Below the pieces are notes generated by a model. That model worked only from the letters and a program-made list of their open reading frames with translations. It was not told the DNA's origin and did no database searches. The position numbers and the translations under genes were made by a program. Positions 44,022-55,481 of a stretch of DNA of 64,000 nucleotides are shown here, one piece after another. Numbering within the stretch: the first letter of the stretch is position 1; every line of letters begins with the position of its first letter. The stretch spans positions 3,584,001 through 3,648,000 of the forward strand of contig OY970067.1 of assembly GCA_963705305.1 (NCBI GenBank), read 5' to 3'. The DNA comes from an uncultured Methylomirabilota bacterium (GTDB lineage: Bacteria > Methylomirabilota > Methylomirabilia > Methylomirabilales > 2-02-FULL-66-22).

Positions 44022-44672
44022 ATGGCCGCGGGCCGTCCCGCCGCTGGCGGGAGGGGCCTCAAGCGGAGCTGGCTTCTGGCGGTGGCGCTGGCGCTGGCCG
44101 CCTGCTCACGCTCGGGCAGCCTGACCGGGCAGGTCGTGGCCTCGGCGTCGCGCGAGCAGGGGAACCCGGCCGCCCACATCAGCGTGATGGCGGTGCCGGA
44201 CACGGACGCGTTCGAGCGGGACTGGGCGGCGGCCGTGGACGGGTTCCAGCAGGAGATGCGGCCCGCCCGGAGCGTCCAAGCCGCGGCGGACACCGCGATG
44301 GAGCAGGCCCGGTGGGCGTGGGACCAGAACCTCACGGGACCGCGCAGCCCGCGGATTCGGAGCCGGGAACGGGCGCTGCGCGCGGCCGAGGCGCGTCTGG
44401 TCCAGGCAACGCGCCAGGTAGAGCTGGTGGCCCAGCGGCACGAGCGGGAAGCGGTGGCTCTGCTCGAACGGCACGCAGTCCTGCAGGCCCAGACGGACGA
44501 GGACGGCCGCTACGTGCTGGCCGGGCTGCCGACCGGCCCCGTCTACGTGTACGCCGGACTGACGGCGGGGGGACGTTGATTGGTCTGGTTCCGGCTGGTG
44601 CAGGTCCAGAGGGGAGCCCAGGAGCTCGATCTGACGCCGGCGAACAGCGGAGGGTGGCCGTTCGCGCCGTGA
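44022..44672 (+). CDS. Putative lipoprotein with prealbumin/carboxypeptidase-regulatory-like motif, interrupted by an in-frame TGA at 44577-44579
   Basis: Lipobox LAAC; TDEDGRYVLAGLPTGPVYVYA; the frame continues after TGA as LVWFRLVQVQRGAQELDLTPANSGGWPFAP-stop. Confidence 0.6.
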
Positions 44673-44715
44673 CCGCGACAGGGGGCCGGGATGCCTGCCA
44701 GGAAGGGGTGAAACG

Positions 44716-44964
44716 GTGAGCTGGAAGAAGGCCGAGATCTATCGGGGATTCATCATCAGCCTGGAGGAGGTCCGACCCGGCGCGTGGGGACTCTCGGTCG
44801 TCGAGGTCCCGTCGGGGGAGGGGGCGGGCCCGGCGCGGACGCCGGGTCGCGGGCGTGTGCCGGGCGAGCATGCCTCCAAGGCATCCGCACTGGAGGCGGC
44901 CCGGGCGCATGTCGATCGGATTCAGAAGAACCGCCGGAACAAGGCCAGCCAGTCGACCGGCTGA
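44716..44964 (+). CDS. Hypothetical protein (82 aa)
   Basis: GGAAGGGG RBS and GTG start; compact protein-like sequence (YRGFII...ALEAARAHVDRI). Confidence 0.6.
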   Translation: MSWKKAEIYRGFIISLEEVRPGAWGLSVVEVPSGEGAGPARTPGRGRVPGEHASKASALEAARAHVDRIQKNRRNKASQSTG

Positions 44965-45095
44965 TACACCGCCTTCGCCGGTTGCGGGCTCGCCGAGGCG
45001 GGGCGCCCACCGGCCCGCTCGGGATCCCAGTCCGAAGTGATCGGCCCCGCTCGGGGATCGCCTGCCGTTCGCTTCCCCGTCAGGAGACCGCCGCA

Positions 45096-45431
45096 TTGAG
45101 TACCCGCGATTCCACGGGCAAGACCAAGCCGCCGAAATCCGGCGGCGGCTTCGACCTCCGCCGGTTTCTCGAGCAGCACGGTCTCAGCGCGGGACGGCTC
45201 GCCTCGGCGCTTCGAGTGTCCGAGCGGTACGTCCAGGCGGCGCTGACCGGCGAGGGGGAGCTGACGGCTCGCGATCGAGAGGCCTGCCAGACGCTGGGGC
45301 GCCGGCTGCTGGGGGGGCGGGCGGCAGAGCAGCTCCCGCTGCCGTTCGCCGAGCCGCCTCACACGTTCAGCCGGGAGTTCGCACAGTCCCGCGCCCGGCA
45401 GGCCGCACGGAAGGGCCGCAAGAAGGGCTAG
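45096..45431 (+). CDS. Putative helix-turn-helix protein with QLPLPF motif
   Basis: AGGAG RBS and TTG start; LRRFLEQHGLSAGRLASALRVSERYV resembles an XRE/Cro HTH. Confidence 0.55.
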   Translation: MSTRDSTGKTKPPKSGGGFDLRRFLEQHGLSAGRLASALRVSERYVQAALTGEGELTARDREACQTLGRRLLGGRAAEQLPLPFAEPPHTFSREFAQSRARQAARKGRKKG

Positions 45432-47002
45432 CCCCGTGCCAGGCGTTCCTCGGCCGGCCTCCCAGCGTCAACCTGCATGCGCGCGGCATGTCCCTCGAGC
45501 ACGAACCGGGTGTGCGTGCGGAAGTGCAGGAAGAGCGCCATGAGATGGAGGGCCGCCTCGAAGTTCTTCGGCCGCGTCGCGAGGGTCACCAGCAGCGTCC
45601 GCCAGAAGCACCACGCCGTCCCCCGCCTGAGCCCGAGCCGCCGGATGACCGCGCCGAGCGCAATGATGTTTGTTCCCCGTGGCCGAATGGATCCGACCTG
45701 CTTGCGCTGTCGTTTGAGCCGGCGGGCAACTGCCAGCACCCGGTTGAAATAGCTGGGCGGGGAGTACAGGCGACGGACCAGGGAGGTGAAGTCTTCCAGA
45801 ATCTCGGCGCGCGGCCGCGAGGGGGTGAAGTTCAGGCCGCTGGTGGCCTGATCGACATCGCCCGGCCGCTGGAGGGAATAGCCGACCGGCAGCCGTCCCT
45901 CCCGGGCCAGCCGGCGCGTCAGCTGCGTGTTCGGGAGGGCCGTGAGCAGCCCGACCATCGCCATGGGGATACCGGCGGCCTCGACGCACGCCGCGATGGC
46001 CTCTGCAGCGTCCCGATTCTCGCCGTCGAAGCCGAGGATGAAGCCGGCGGTGACAACCATGCCGTGGTCATGGAGGCGGTGAACGCTTTCCACCAGAGGG
46101 TGGCGCGTGTTCACCTGCTTCTGGGCATGCATCAGAAGACTCGGGTCGGGCGTTTCGATCCCGATGAAGACATAACGAAAGTCCACCGCCTCCATCATGC
46201 CGAGCAGCGTTGGATCGTCCGCGAGGTTGATGGTCGCCTCGGTGCTGAAGAGGAACGGAAAGCCGCGCGATCGGCTCCATGTCAAGAGCTCCGGCAAGAA
46301 CGCCATCACGGCTTTCTTGTTCCCGATGAAATTGTCGTCCACGAAGTCCACGTGCCCCCGGTAGCCGAGCCGGTAGAGACACTCCAGCTCTTGCAGGAGC
46401 TGTGGCGGGGTTTTGGTGCGCGGTTTCCGGCCGTAGAGCTCGATGATATCGCAGAATTCGCAGTTGAAGGGACAGCCGCGGGAGAATTGCACCCCGACGT
46501 GGAGGTACTGTGCCAGCTCCAGCAGGTCGAACCGCGGCGCCGGGCTGCAGGTGAGGTCGGGCCGCTCCTCCGAGCGGTAGATTCCATGCCTCGCCCCGGC
46601 GTCCAGGCCGGCGAGGAACTTCGGGATCGTCATCTCCCCTTCGTCCAGCACCAGATAGTCGGCGGCGGCGTAGACGTCCGGCTGGCTCGTGGGATCCTGG
46701 CCGCCGACGGCGATCCGCTTGCCGCGCGCGTGGCAGAACTCGATGAGGGAGAGCAGGCTCCGCTGCTGCGGGATCATGCCGCCGGCCATGACGAGGTCCG
46801 CCCAGTCGATGAGCGCCGTGTCCATCTCCTGCACATTGAGGTCCAGGAGCCGGAGAGTCCAGTCCCGGGGCAGGAGGGCCGCGGCGGTGATGAGACCGAG
46901 CGGGGCGGCCGGGTAGCGGGCGCCCAGGAGTTCGCAGGGCTCGCGATAATTCCAGTAGCTCAGCTCGGGAAACCGCGGTGAGACCAGGAGGCACTTCATC
47001 AT
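45428..47002 (-). CDS. B12-binding radical SAM protein (DUF4070/HpnP-like family)
   Basis: PLGLITAAALLP, SRGCPFNCEFCDI (CxxxCxxC), FVDDNFIGNK, GFILGFD and ALPNTQL. Confidence 0.9.
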   Translation of the reverse strand: MMKCLLVSPRFPELSYWNYREPCELLGARYPAAPLGLITAAALLPRDWTLRLLDLNVQEMDTALIDWADLVMAGGMIPQQRSLLSLIEFCHARGKRIAVGGQDPTSQPDVYAAADYLVLDEGEMTIPKFLAGLDAGARHGIYRSEERPDLTCSPAPRFDLLELAQYLHVGVQFSRGCPFNCEFCDIIELYGRKPRTKTPPQLLQELECLYRLGYRGHVDFVDDNFIGNKKAVMAFLPELLTWSRSRGFPFLFSTEATINLADDPTLLGMMEAVDFRYVFIGIETPDPSLLMHAQKQVNTRHPLVESVHRLHDHGMVVTAGFILGFDGENRDAAEAIAACVEAAGIPMAMVGLLTALPNTQLTRRLAREGRLPVGYSLQRPGDVDQATSGLNFTPSRPRAEILEDFTSLVRRLYSPPSYFNRVLAVARRLKRQRKQVGSIRPRGTNIIALGAVIRRLGLRRGTAWCFWRTLLVTLATRPKNFEAALHLMALFLHFRTHTRFVLEGHAARMQVDAGRPAEERLARG

Positions 47003-47143
47003 CGCGTCCTCTCGGGGGATGCTCCCAGCCTGGGGCTTTCCAGGCGCAAAGTCAAGAGGAGTCGCGAGCGGAGGTGTCCAAGCGGTCAGACGCGTCGTCA
47101 CGGGGAGGCGAGGGGGGAATTCGGGGGCAGCGGTGTCAGGTGC

Positions 47144-48841
<1,698 letters not shown>

Positions 48842-49058
48842 ATCGCTTCCTGCTCCGCGTGCCAGGAGGCCGTGGACGGCTCAAGGGCGCCGCGCGCAGG
48901 CTCGGGCAGACCCGCCTGCCGTCCCGATCGTCGGGCGGCGGGCCGCGCGGCTCGGCTCCCAGCCCGAGCGAGAATGCCGCATCCGAGCGGCTTCTGTCAA
49001 GCCGGAAGCGCGGGAGAAGACCCGAGAGCGCCGCCGTCGGCGAAGGGGATCTCTACGG

Positions 49059-49595
49059 TCAGCCGGGAACGTCCGGTGGGGCGGCTTTCATCGCCAGGGC
49101 GGTCAGAATGGTCTGCACCAGGACCTTCTGGTCCAGCGGCTTCCGGATGGCCAGGGTCGCGCCGGCCTTGAAGCCCTTGAGCGCCAGCGCCGGGTCCTCC
49201 ATGGCGGTCACGAGGATGACCGGCGTGTCTCGCAGCTGCGGATCGCTGCGCATCCGCTGGCAGACTTCGAACCCGGTCGCCCCAGGCATCATGATGTCCA
49301 GCAGGACGAGATCGGGCCGCTCTTTCTTGGCCAGCTCGATCCCGGACGCTCCGTCGCTGGCCGTCAGCGGCACGAAATCGTGGGCGGCCAGGAGGTTGGA
49401 GGTCAAGGCGAGGAGCAGCTTGTCGTCGTCGATGACCAGGATCTTGGGGCGGCGGAAGGTCGCATGGGACTTCGTGCTGGGCGGCTCCTTGCCGATGGGA
49501 TACCCGCAGGTCTGGCAACGGGTCACGTCGAAGTGCTCGAAGGTCGGCTGCTTCGAGTTGCAATAAGAGCAAAACTGCAGGGCGGATTCAGGCAC
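49059..49595 (-). CDS. Response regulator receiver with N-terminal Zn ribbon
   Basis: CSYC-x14-CQTC followed by LVIDDD, LLDIMMPG, VTA and RKP. Confidence 0.82.
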   Translation of the reverse strand: MPESALQFCSYCNSKQPTFEHFDVTRCQTCGYPIGKEPPSTKSHATFRRPKILVIDDDKLLLALTSNLLAAHDFVPLTASDGASGIELAKKERPDLVLLDIMMPGATGFEVCQRMRSDPQLRDTPVILVTAMEDPALALKGFKAGATLAIRKPLDQKVLVQTILTALAMKAAPPDVPG

Positions 49596-50007
49596 ACGCC
49601 ACCTGATCCCGTTTTCGCCGGGACGGTCAGGATCATCCTGCCGTTATATGGGATTCTCGCGGGGAAAGCCGCATGGCCGAACTGTCCCGCGATCGTCTAT
49701 CCGCGGAAGTCCCCGCGTCCGGCACAGGGGCTGTCCAGCCGTCCGAGGTGCTGGGGATTTGGAGGAGTAATTATAGCACAGATTACCGCCTTGGACAGCT
49801 CAGATCGGGGGCGCGGCAATGAGGGCGGGCCACGCACCGTTCTGAAATATCGGAGCGTCCCGGAGGGCGATTTGTTCGGTCTGCCGGTAGGCAGGGGATT
49901 CCGGCTGGACGAACGCGCGGCAGGGGGCTACGCTAGCATCTCATCGTGGCGGGGATGGCAGCCCGCAAAACCATACCGTTCGGGGAGAAGAGGAGAAGGA
50001 GACGCCG

Positions 50008-50799
50008 ATGAGCCAGCTGTTCGAAAACCCGGTGAAGCGCAAGATCAAGGCGGGCAAGAAGACCTCGGGGGCGTGGGCCCAGCTGTGCAGCCCCATCGCG
50101 ACGGAGATCCTGGCCCGCGGAGGATTTGACTGGATCCTGGTGGACATGGAGCACGCTCCGGGAGACGTCTCGATCCTGGTGGGGCAGTTCCAGGCGGTGG
50201 CGGCGGCGGGGACGGGCTGTGTGCCGATCGTGCGGGTCCCCTGGAACGATCAGGTGTGGATCAAGCGCATCTTGGACGCCGGCGCCTACGGCCTGATGAT
50301 TCCCTACGTCAACACGGTGGAGGAGGCCACGCGCGCCGTGCAGGCCTGCAAGTACCCCCCTGAAGGCGTTCGGGGAATCGCCGGCAGCCCGCGGGCAGCG
50401 GGGTACGGCCGCGACACCGCCAGTTACCTGAAGCGGGCCAACGACGAGGTGTTCGTCATGCTTCAGGTGGAGACGCTGCAGGCCATCGAGAACGTGGAAA
50501 AGATCGCCAAGATTCCCGGTGTGGACGCGCTCTTCATCGGACCGATGGACCTCTCGACCTCTATGGGGCACATGGGGAATCTGGGGCATCCGGATGTCCA
50601 GGCGGCGATTGCCACGGTCGAGGCCAAGGCCAAGAAGGCGGGGATGCCTTTGGGCACGATCTCCGCGGGGTGGGAGCAGGCCAAGGGCCTGTACGATCGC
50701 GGGTACCAGCTGGTCACCCTCATTTCCGACTCCGTTCTGATCTCCAAGGCGGGTGCCGAAACGGCTGCCAAGTTCCGCGAGGCATTTCCGGAAGGATAG
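50008..50799 (+). CDS. HpcH/HpaI aldolase family protein
   Basis: DMEH, VRVP, LDAGAYG, QVET and FIGPMDLS. Confidence 0.93.
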   Translation: MSQLFENPVKRKIKAGKKTSGAWAQLCSPIATEILARGGFDWILVDMEHAPGDVSILVGQFQAVAAAGTGCVPIVRVPWNDQVWIKRILDAGAYGLMIPYVNTVEEATRAVQACKYPPEGVRGIAGSPRAAGYGRDTASYLKRANDEVFVMLQVETLQAIENVEKIAKIPGVDALFIGPMDLSTSMGHMGNLGHPDVQAAIATVEAKAKKAGMPLGTISAGWEQAKGLYDRGYQLVTLISDSVLISKAGAETAAKFREAFPEG

Positions 50800-50895
50800 A
50801 TCTCCGGCTGCCGCCCCATGCGGCAGTTGATAGAGAATCTTATACCCGGTAAGGTCCCTAAAACGCTCTACTTTATCGGAGAGAGACTGCCTGGG

Positions 50896-51738
50896 ATGCG
50901 GATAGACCTGCACCTGCATACCACCGCGTCGGACGGGCTGCTGGATCCGGCGGCCCTTGTCCGGGCGGTCCACGCGGCCTGCCTCGATCTGTTCAGCGTC
51001 ACGGACCACGATACGTTGGAGAGCCTGGCGGAGGTTGACGCAGGGGCGCGAGCCCATGGGATGGCGACGATCCCTGGAATCGAGATCAGCATTTACTGGA
51101 GAGGGGTGGAATTCCATATCCTGGGCTACTTCGTGGATCCCACCGATGCCTCGCTGCTGGACTTCCTGGCACGCATGCGGGAAGCCCGGAGAGCCCGCCT
51201 GCGGACGATGTTGAGCCGCCTTTTCGCCATGGGCATGGCCGTGACAGAGGACGAGGTCCTGGCGCTCGCTCGCGACGGCAACGTGGGCCGGCCGCACGTG
51301 GCCAGGGCCCTGGTCCGGCACGGATACGTGGCCACGCTGGAAGAGGCGTTCCTGCGCTATCTCGGCGCGGGTAGGCCGGCGTACGTGCCGCGCCCGGACG
51401 TGACGATCCGGGAAGCGGTTCAGGCAATTCGGGGGGCGGGCGGCATCTCGTCGCTGGCCCATCCCGGTCTCCAGAATCGGGATGATGCCATCCCCGATCT
51501 GCTGGCAGCCGGACTGGATGCCATCGAGGTGTACCATCCCAAGCACACGCACGGAATGACCGCCCGGTATCGGCGCCTGGCCCGGCGGCGCGGTCTGCTC
51601 GTCACGGGCGGCTCCGATTTTCACGGAGCGACAGAGGAGCATCACGGCGCGACCCCCGGGCAGCCGGCGCTTCCCGAGGAGGATTACCTGCGATTGCGGG
51701 ATGCCGCCATGGCACGCCAGTCAAGGGTGGTGCGCTGA
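50896..51738 (+). CDS. PHP domain metal-dependent phosphoesterase (TrpH/YciV-like)
   Basis: DLHLHTTASDG, TDHD, GRPHVA, LAHP and GGSDFHG. Confidence 0.92.
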   Translation: MRIDLHLHTTASDGLLDPAALVRAVHAACLDLFSVTDHDTLESLAEVDAGARAHGMATIPGIEISIYWRGVEFHILGYFVDPTDASLLDFLARMREARRARLRTMLSRLFAMGMAVTEDEVLALARDGNVGRPHVARALVRHGYVATLEEAFLRYLGAGRPAYVPRPDVTIREAVQAIRGAGGISSLAHPGLQNRDDAIPDLLAAGLDAIEVYHPKHTHGMTARYRRLARRRGLLVTGGSDFHGATEEHHGATPGQPALPEEDYLRLRDAAMARQSRVVR

Positions 51739-51869
51739 GGCGGCGGGAGATTTCTGGCAAACCTCTCCGCGGATGCGCCGGGCAAAGCAAAAGGGGACCT
51801 CCGGCTTGTCAGGACTACATAAATCCAGTATCATCCGCCGATAGGCATTGGGGGGAGGGGATTCGGTTC

Positions 51870-52949
51870 ATGGATCATCTGGACAAGCGCCTCCTGAATA
51901 GCCTGCAGGCTGTTTTCCCCTTGGTGTCTCGCCCTTTCCAGGCGTTGGGCGCTCCTCTGGGCCTTCCGGAAGCCGAAGTGCTCGACCGCATCGCGGCCCT
52001 CAAGGCGCAGAAGGTGCTTCGGCAGATCGGGGCCATCTTCGATACCCGCAGTTTGGGCTACAAGGGCAGCTTGGTCGCCATGCGCGTCCCGCCGGCCCGC
52101 CTGGAGGCGGCGGCGGCGGCGGTGAACGGGCATCCCGGCGTGAGCCACAATTACCAGCGAAACCACGACTTCAACCTCTGGTTCACGCTGGCGGTTCCTC
52201 CCACGAGCGACCTGGCATGGACCGTCGATCGGCTGCATGAGCTGGCCGGTGCGGAGTCGACCCGCATGCTGCCGACCCTCCGGCTGTTCAAGATCGGGGT
52301 GCAGCTGGACCTGGAGGGAGGAAGCGGCGCCGAGCGTGTCGAGTCCGGCCAGGCCGGATACAGCGACCACCGCCGGCCCGCCGCCGGCCGCGAGGGCTTG
52401 CAGCCGCTGGACATCGCGGTGATCCGGGAGCTGCAAGAGGACGTCCCACTGATTCCCCAGCCGTACCGGTGCATGGCGGAGCGGATCGAAATCGCCGAGG
52501 AGGATCTCTTTGCAACGGCCGCGCGCCTGACGGCCCAGGGCTACCTCCGGCGGGTGGCCGGTGTCCTCCATCATCGCCAGGCCGGCTTCCAGGCCAACGC
52601 CATGGGTGCCTGGGTGGTGCCGCCCGACCGGGCCGAGGAGACCGGCACGGTCATGGCCAGCTTCAGGGGGGTGAGCCATTGTTATCTCCGGCCAACCTAT
52701 CCGGACTGGCCGTATAGCATCTTCACCATGGTGCACGGGCAGGCGGCCGGGGACTGTCAGGCCGTGATCGATGCAATTTCCCGGACAACCGGCATCACCG
52801 AGTACGCCCTGCTGTACAGCACCAAAGAATACAAGAAGGTCCGGTTGAAGTATTTCACGCCTGATCTGGCCGCGTGGGAGGTCCGGGTGCGGCGGTCCCC
52901 CGACGCCGGTCTGCGGGCCCCCGAGGTGGTGTCGGCGGATCGCTCGTAG
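51870..52949 (+). CDS. ahbAB: Fused siroheme decarboxylase alpha+beta (AhbAB / NirDL-GH type)
   Basis: Two Lrp/AsnC-like repeats with VSHNYQR..FNLWFT and VSHCYLRPTYPDWPYSIFTMVHG...STKEYKK. Confidence 0.88.
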   Translation: MDHLDKRLLNSLQAVFPLVSRPFQALGAPLGLPEAEVLDRIAALKAQKVLRQIGAIFDTRSLGYKGSLVAMRVPPARLEAAAAAVNGHPGVSHNYQRNHDFNLWFTLAVPPTSDLAWTVDRLHELAGAESTRMLPTLRLFKIGVQLDLEGGSGAERVESGQAGYSDHRRPAAGREGLQPLDIAVIRELQEDVPLIPQPYRCMAERIEIAEEDLFATAARLTAQGYLRRVAGVLHHRQAGFQANAMGAWVVPPDRAEETGTVMASFRGVSHCYLRPTYPDWPYSIFTMVHGQAAGDCQAVIDAISRTTGITEYALLYSTKEYKKVRLKYFTPDLAAWEVRVRRSPDAGLRAPEVVSADRS

Positions 52950-53046
52950 CCCGGGGAGAGCCGTCTTGCGCCGTCGGGAAAGCTAGAGCGGTGCGAATGG
53001 ACGTTGGAGCGGGACGCGGGCGCGCGACGGCAGCCGGGGATCGGCC

Positions 53047-53781
53047 GTGACGGAGCCCGTGGCGCCCCTGGTGGATGTTCAGGGCCTGACGAAGGTCTTC
53101 GGCGGTACGCTGGCCCTGGACGCGGTGGATCTCCGGGTGGCGTCGGGCGAGGTCGTGGCCCTTCTGGGGCCGAACGGCGCCGGTAAGACGACCCTCCTGA
53201 AGCTCTTGTCCACGGCGCTGAAGCCCACGGTGGGGGGCGGGCGGGTGCTGGGGGAGGATCTGTTGAAGGGGTGCGATGCCATCCGCCGGCGGATCGGCAT
53301 GATCTCTCACAATCACCACCTCTACGAGGACCTGACGGCCGAGGAGAACCTGCGGTTCGCGGCCGTCATGCACGGGATGCGCGCGGAGGCCGGCGCCATC
53401 CGGAAGGCGCTGACCGAGGTGGGTCTGGAGGAGCAGGCGCGCGGGAAGGTCCGGACGTTCAGCACCGGGATGAAGCGCCGGCTGGTCATCGGAAAGATGT
53501 TGCTCTTCGCGCCCGACCTCTTGTTCCTGGACGAGCCCCACAACACGCTGGACCAGGCCGCCATTCAGCTGCTCAACGGGTATGTCGCCTCGGTGGCGGC
53601 CCGCGGGGGCGCGGCCGTGATGGCGACGCACAATCTGTCCCGCGCCTTCGACATGGCGGATCGCTTCGTGTTGATGCACGACGGGATGGTGGTGCGGGAT
53701 GTGGCCAAGGATGGGCTGACGGCCGACCGCCTGCGGGCCTTGTACGCCCGCTGCGCGGAAGACGGGGAGAGCGATGTCTGA
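53047..53781 (+). CDS. ccmA: Heme ABC exporter ATP-binding protein
   Basis: GPNGAGKT, LTAEENL, FSTGMKRR and FLDEP; first gene of the ccm cluster. Confidence 0.9.
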   Translation: MTEPVAPLVDVQGLTKVFGGTLALDAVDLRVASGEVVALLGPNGAGKTTLLKLLSTALKPTVGGGRVLGEDLLKGCDAIRRRIGMISHNHHLYEDLTAEENLRFAAVMHGMRAEAGAIRKALTEVGLEEQARGKVRTFSTGMKRRLVIGKMLLFAPDLLFLDEPHNTLDQAAIQLLNGYVASVAARGGAAVMATHNLSRAFDMADRFVLMHDGMVVRDVAKDGLTADRLRALYARCAEDGESDV

Positions 53782-53796
53782 GTGGCGCGGGAGCGC

Positions 53797-53936
53797 GGCG
53801 TGGTAGGCGAGGTGGTGCGCCGGGCGTGGGCGATGGCGCGACCCCAGCCCACCGGCGCCCGGCAAACTCGCAGGGCGGCAGTCGGGGGTGGGGCGTGGTA
53901 GGCGAGGTGGTGCGCCGGGCGTGGGCGATGGCGCGA
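53797..53936 (+). repeat. Perfect 45-bp direct repeat of the ccmB 5' end
   Basis: GGCGTGGTAGGCGAGGTGGTGCGCCGGGCGTGGGCGATGGCGCGA occurs at 53797-53841 and 53892-53936. Confidence 0.9.
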
Positions 53937-54578
53937 AAGGACGTCACGGTGGAGCTGCGCGCCCGCGAGCGGGTCAACGCCATGCTGTTCTTCGCCGGCC
54001 TGGTGCTCTTCATCTTCAACTTTGCCCTGGGCCCCGACCAGGAGCGGCTGCGCCAGGCGGCCTCGGGACTGCTCTGGCTGGCCTTCCTCTTCACGGGGAT
54101 GCTGGGTCTGGGCCGCAGCTTTCAGGCCGAGCGGGAGAACGAGTGCTTCGAGGAGTTGCTACTCACTCCCGGCGATCGCGAGTCCATCTATTTCGGGAAG
54201 CTGACGGGGAACATCCTGTTCATGCTGACGGCGGAGGCCTTCATCCTGCCCCTCTTCGGCATTCTGTACAATCTGGACATCTGGGCGCGGCTGCCGCAGC
54301 TGTTCGTGGTGGCCTTTCTGGGGACGATCGGCTTCTCGACCCTCGGCACGCTGCTGGCGGCGATGACGGCCCACCTGCGGGCCCGGGAGGTCATGCTGCC
54401 GCTGCTCCTGTTCCCGCTGACGGTGCCGGTGATCCTGGGGTCCGTGCACGCGACGGAGGCGATCCTGGCGGGCGGGGGGCTGGGGGAGGTGTCCCACTGG
54501 CTGAAGCTGCTGGGGGGCTTCGACGTGATCTTCCTGGTGGTCTGCCCCCTCGTGTTCGAATTTGTTCTGGAGGAGTGA
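53895..54578 (+). CDS. ccmB: Heme exporter protein B
   Basis: KDVTVELRARE, GLLWLAFLF, AERENECFEELLL and LPLLLFPLTVPV. Confidence 0.92.
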   Translation: MVGEVVRRAWAMARKDVTVELRARERVNAMLFFAGLVLFIFNFALGPDQERLRQAASGLLWLAFLFTGMLGLGRSFQAERENECFEELLLTPGDRESIYFGKLTGNILFMLTAEAFILPLFGILYNLDIWARLPQLFVVAFLGTIGFSTLGTLLAAMTAHLRAREVMLPLLLFPLTVPVILGSVHATEAILAGGGLGEVSHWLKLLGGFDVIFLVVCPLVFEFVLEE

Positions 54579-55342
54579 TGGCAAACGAGTCGGGCCTGGT
54601 CAAATGCATCGGGGTGGCGGCGCTGGGACTGCTGGCCATCGGCCTCTACCTGGGGTTGATTGTGGCACCGCCGGACGCGGTGCAGGGAGACGTGCAGCGG
54701 ATCATGTACCTGCACGTGCCCTCCATTGTCACCGCGTACCTCTGCTTTTTCCTGGTCTTCTGCGCCAGCCTGCTCTACCTCTGGAAGCGAGACCTGCGGC
54801 TGGACGCGGTGGCTGTCTCCGCCGCCGAGATCGGTGTGGTGTTTACCGGAATCACCCTGGCCACGGGCTCTATCTGGGGCAAGTCGACCTGGGGGGTCTG
54901 GTGGACCTGGGATGCCCGGCTGACCCTGACGGCCATCCTGTTCACGATCTACGTGGGGTATCTGATCTTGCGGAATTTCGCCGAGGATCCGCGGGCAGGG
55001 GCGCGCTATGGGGCGGTCCTGGCCATCCTCGGCTTTCTGGACATTCCCCTCAACCACTTCGCCGTCTACTGGTGGCGCACGCTGCACCAGCCCTCCTCGC
55101 TGCTCCGGGCCGGCGGCCCCTCGGTGGCGCCGGCCATGCTGAAACCGCTGGCGGTGATGTTCGCCGGGCTGGTCCTCCTGGCCGCGTATCTGCTGATGGA
55201 GCGCGTGCGGCTGGAGTTGGTGCGGCAGCGCACCGCCGACCTGCGCCTGGTGCGGGGGCGGCGGCACCGGCGGGAGGAGGTCGGAGGAGTGGCGCACCCG
55301 GCCGGCGCGGCCGTGCCGCCCGCAGGAGGAGAGCATGGGTAG
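54578..55342 (+). CDS. ccmC: Heme exporter protein C
   Basis: RIMYLHVP, WWD motif WGVWWTWDARLT and WWRTLHQ; TGATG coupling to ccmB. Confidence 0.95.
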   Translation: MANESGLVKCIGVAALGLLAIGLYLGLIVAPPDAVQGDVQRIMYLHVPSIVTAYLCFFLVFCASLLYLWKRDLRLDAVAVSAAEIGVVFTGITLATGSIWGKSTWGVWWTWDARLTLTAILFTIYVGYLILRNFAEDPRAGARYGAVLAILGFLDIPLNHFAVYWWRTLHQPSSLLRAGGPSVAPAMLKPLAVMFAGLVLLAAYLLMERVRLELVRQRTADLRLVRGRRHRREEVGGVAHPAGAAVPPAGGEHG

Positions 55343-55481
55343 CTGGGGGTTCATCGGGCTGGCCTACGGCCTCGCGGCGCTGGTGCTGGTGGTCTATGCG
55401 GCCATGCTGCGCAGCCGCCTGCGGACGGCGGGAGAGGAGATGGCCGCATTGGAGCGCGAGGACGGCCGGAGGGCGCGATGA
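55335..55481 (+). CDS. ccmD: Heme exporter protein D (48 aa)
   Basis: Below the ORF-track cutoff. MGSWGFIGLAYGLAALVLVVYAAMLRSRLR... has an AY motif, one TM segment and a charged tail, and lies between ccmC and ccmE. Confidence 0.82.
   Translation: MGSWGFIGLAYGLAALVLVVYAAMLRSRLRTAGEEMAALEREDGRRAR

Noticed and set aside
45428..47002. Calling the B12-radical SAM gene hpnP
   Set aside because: The family is broad and there are no hopanoid genes nearby; phylogenetic placement is needed.
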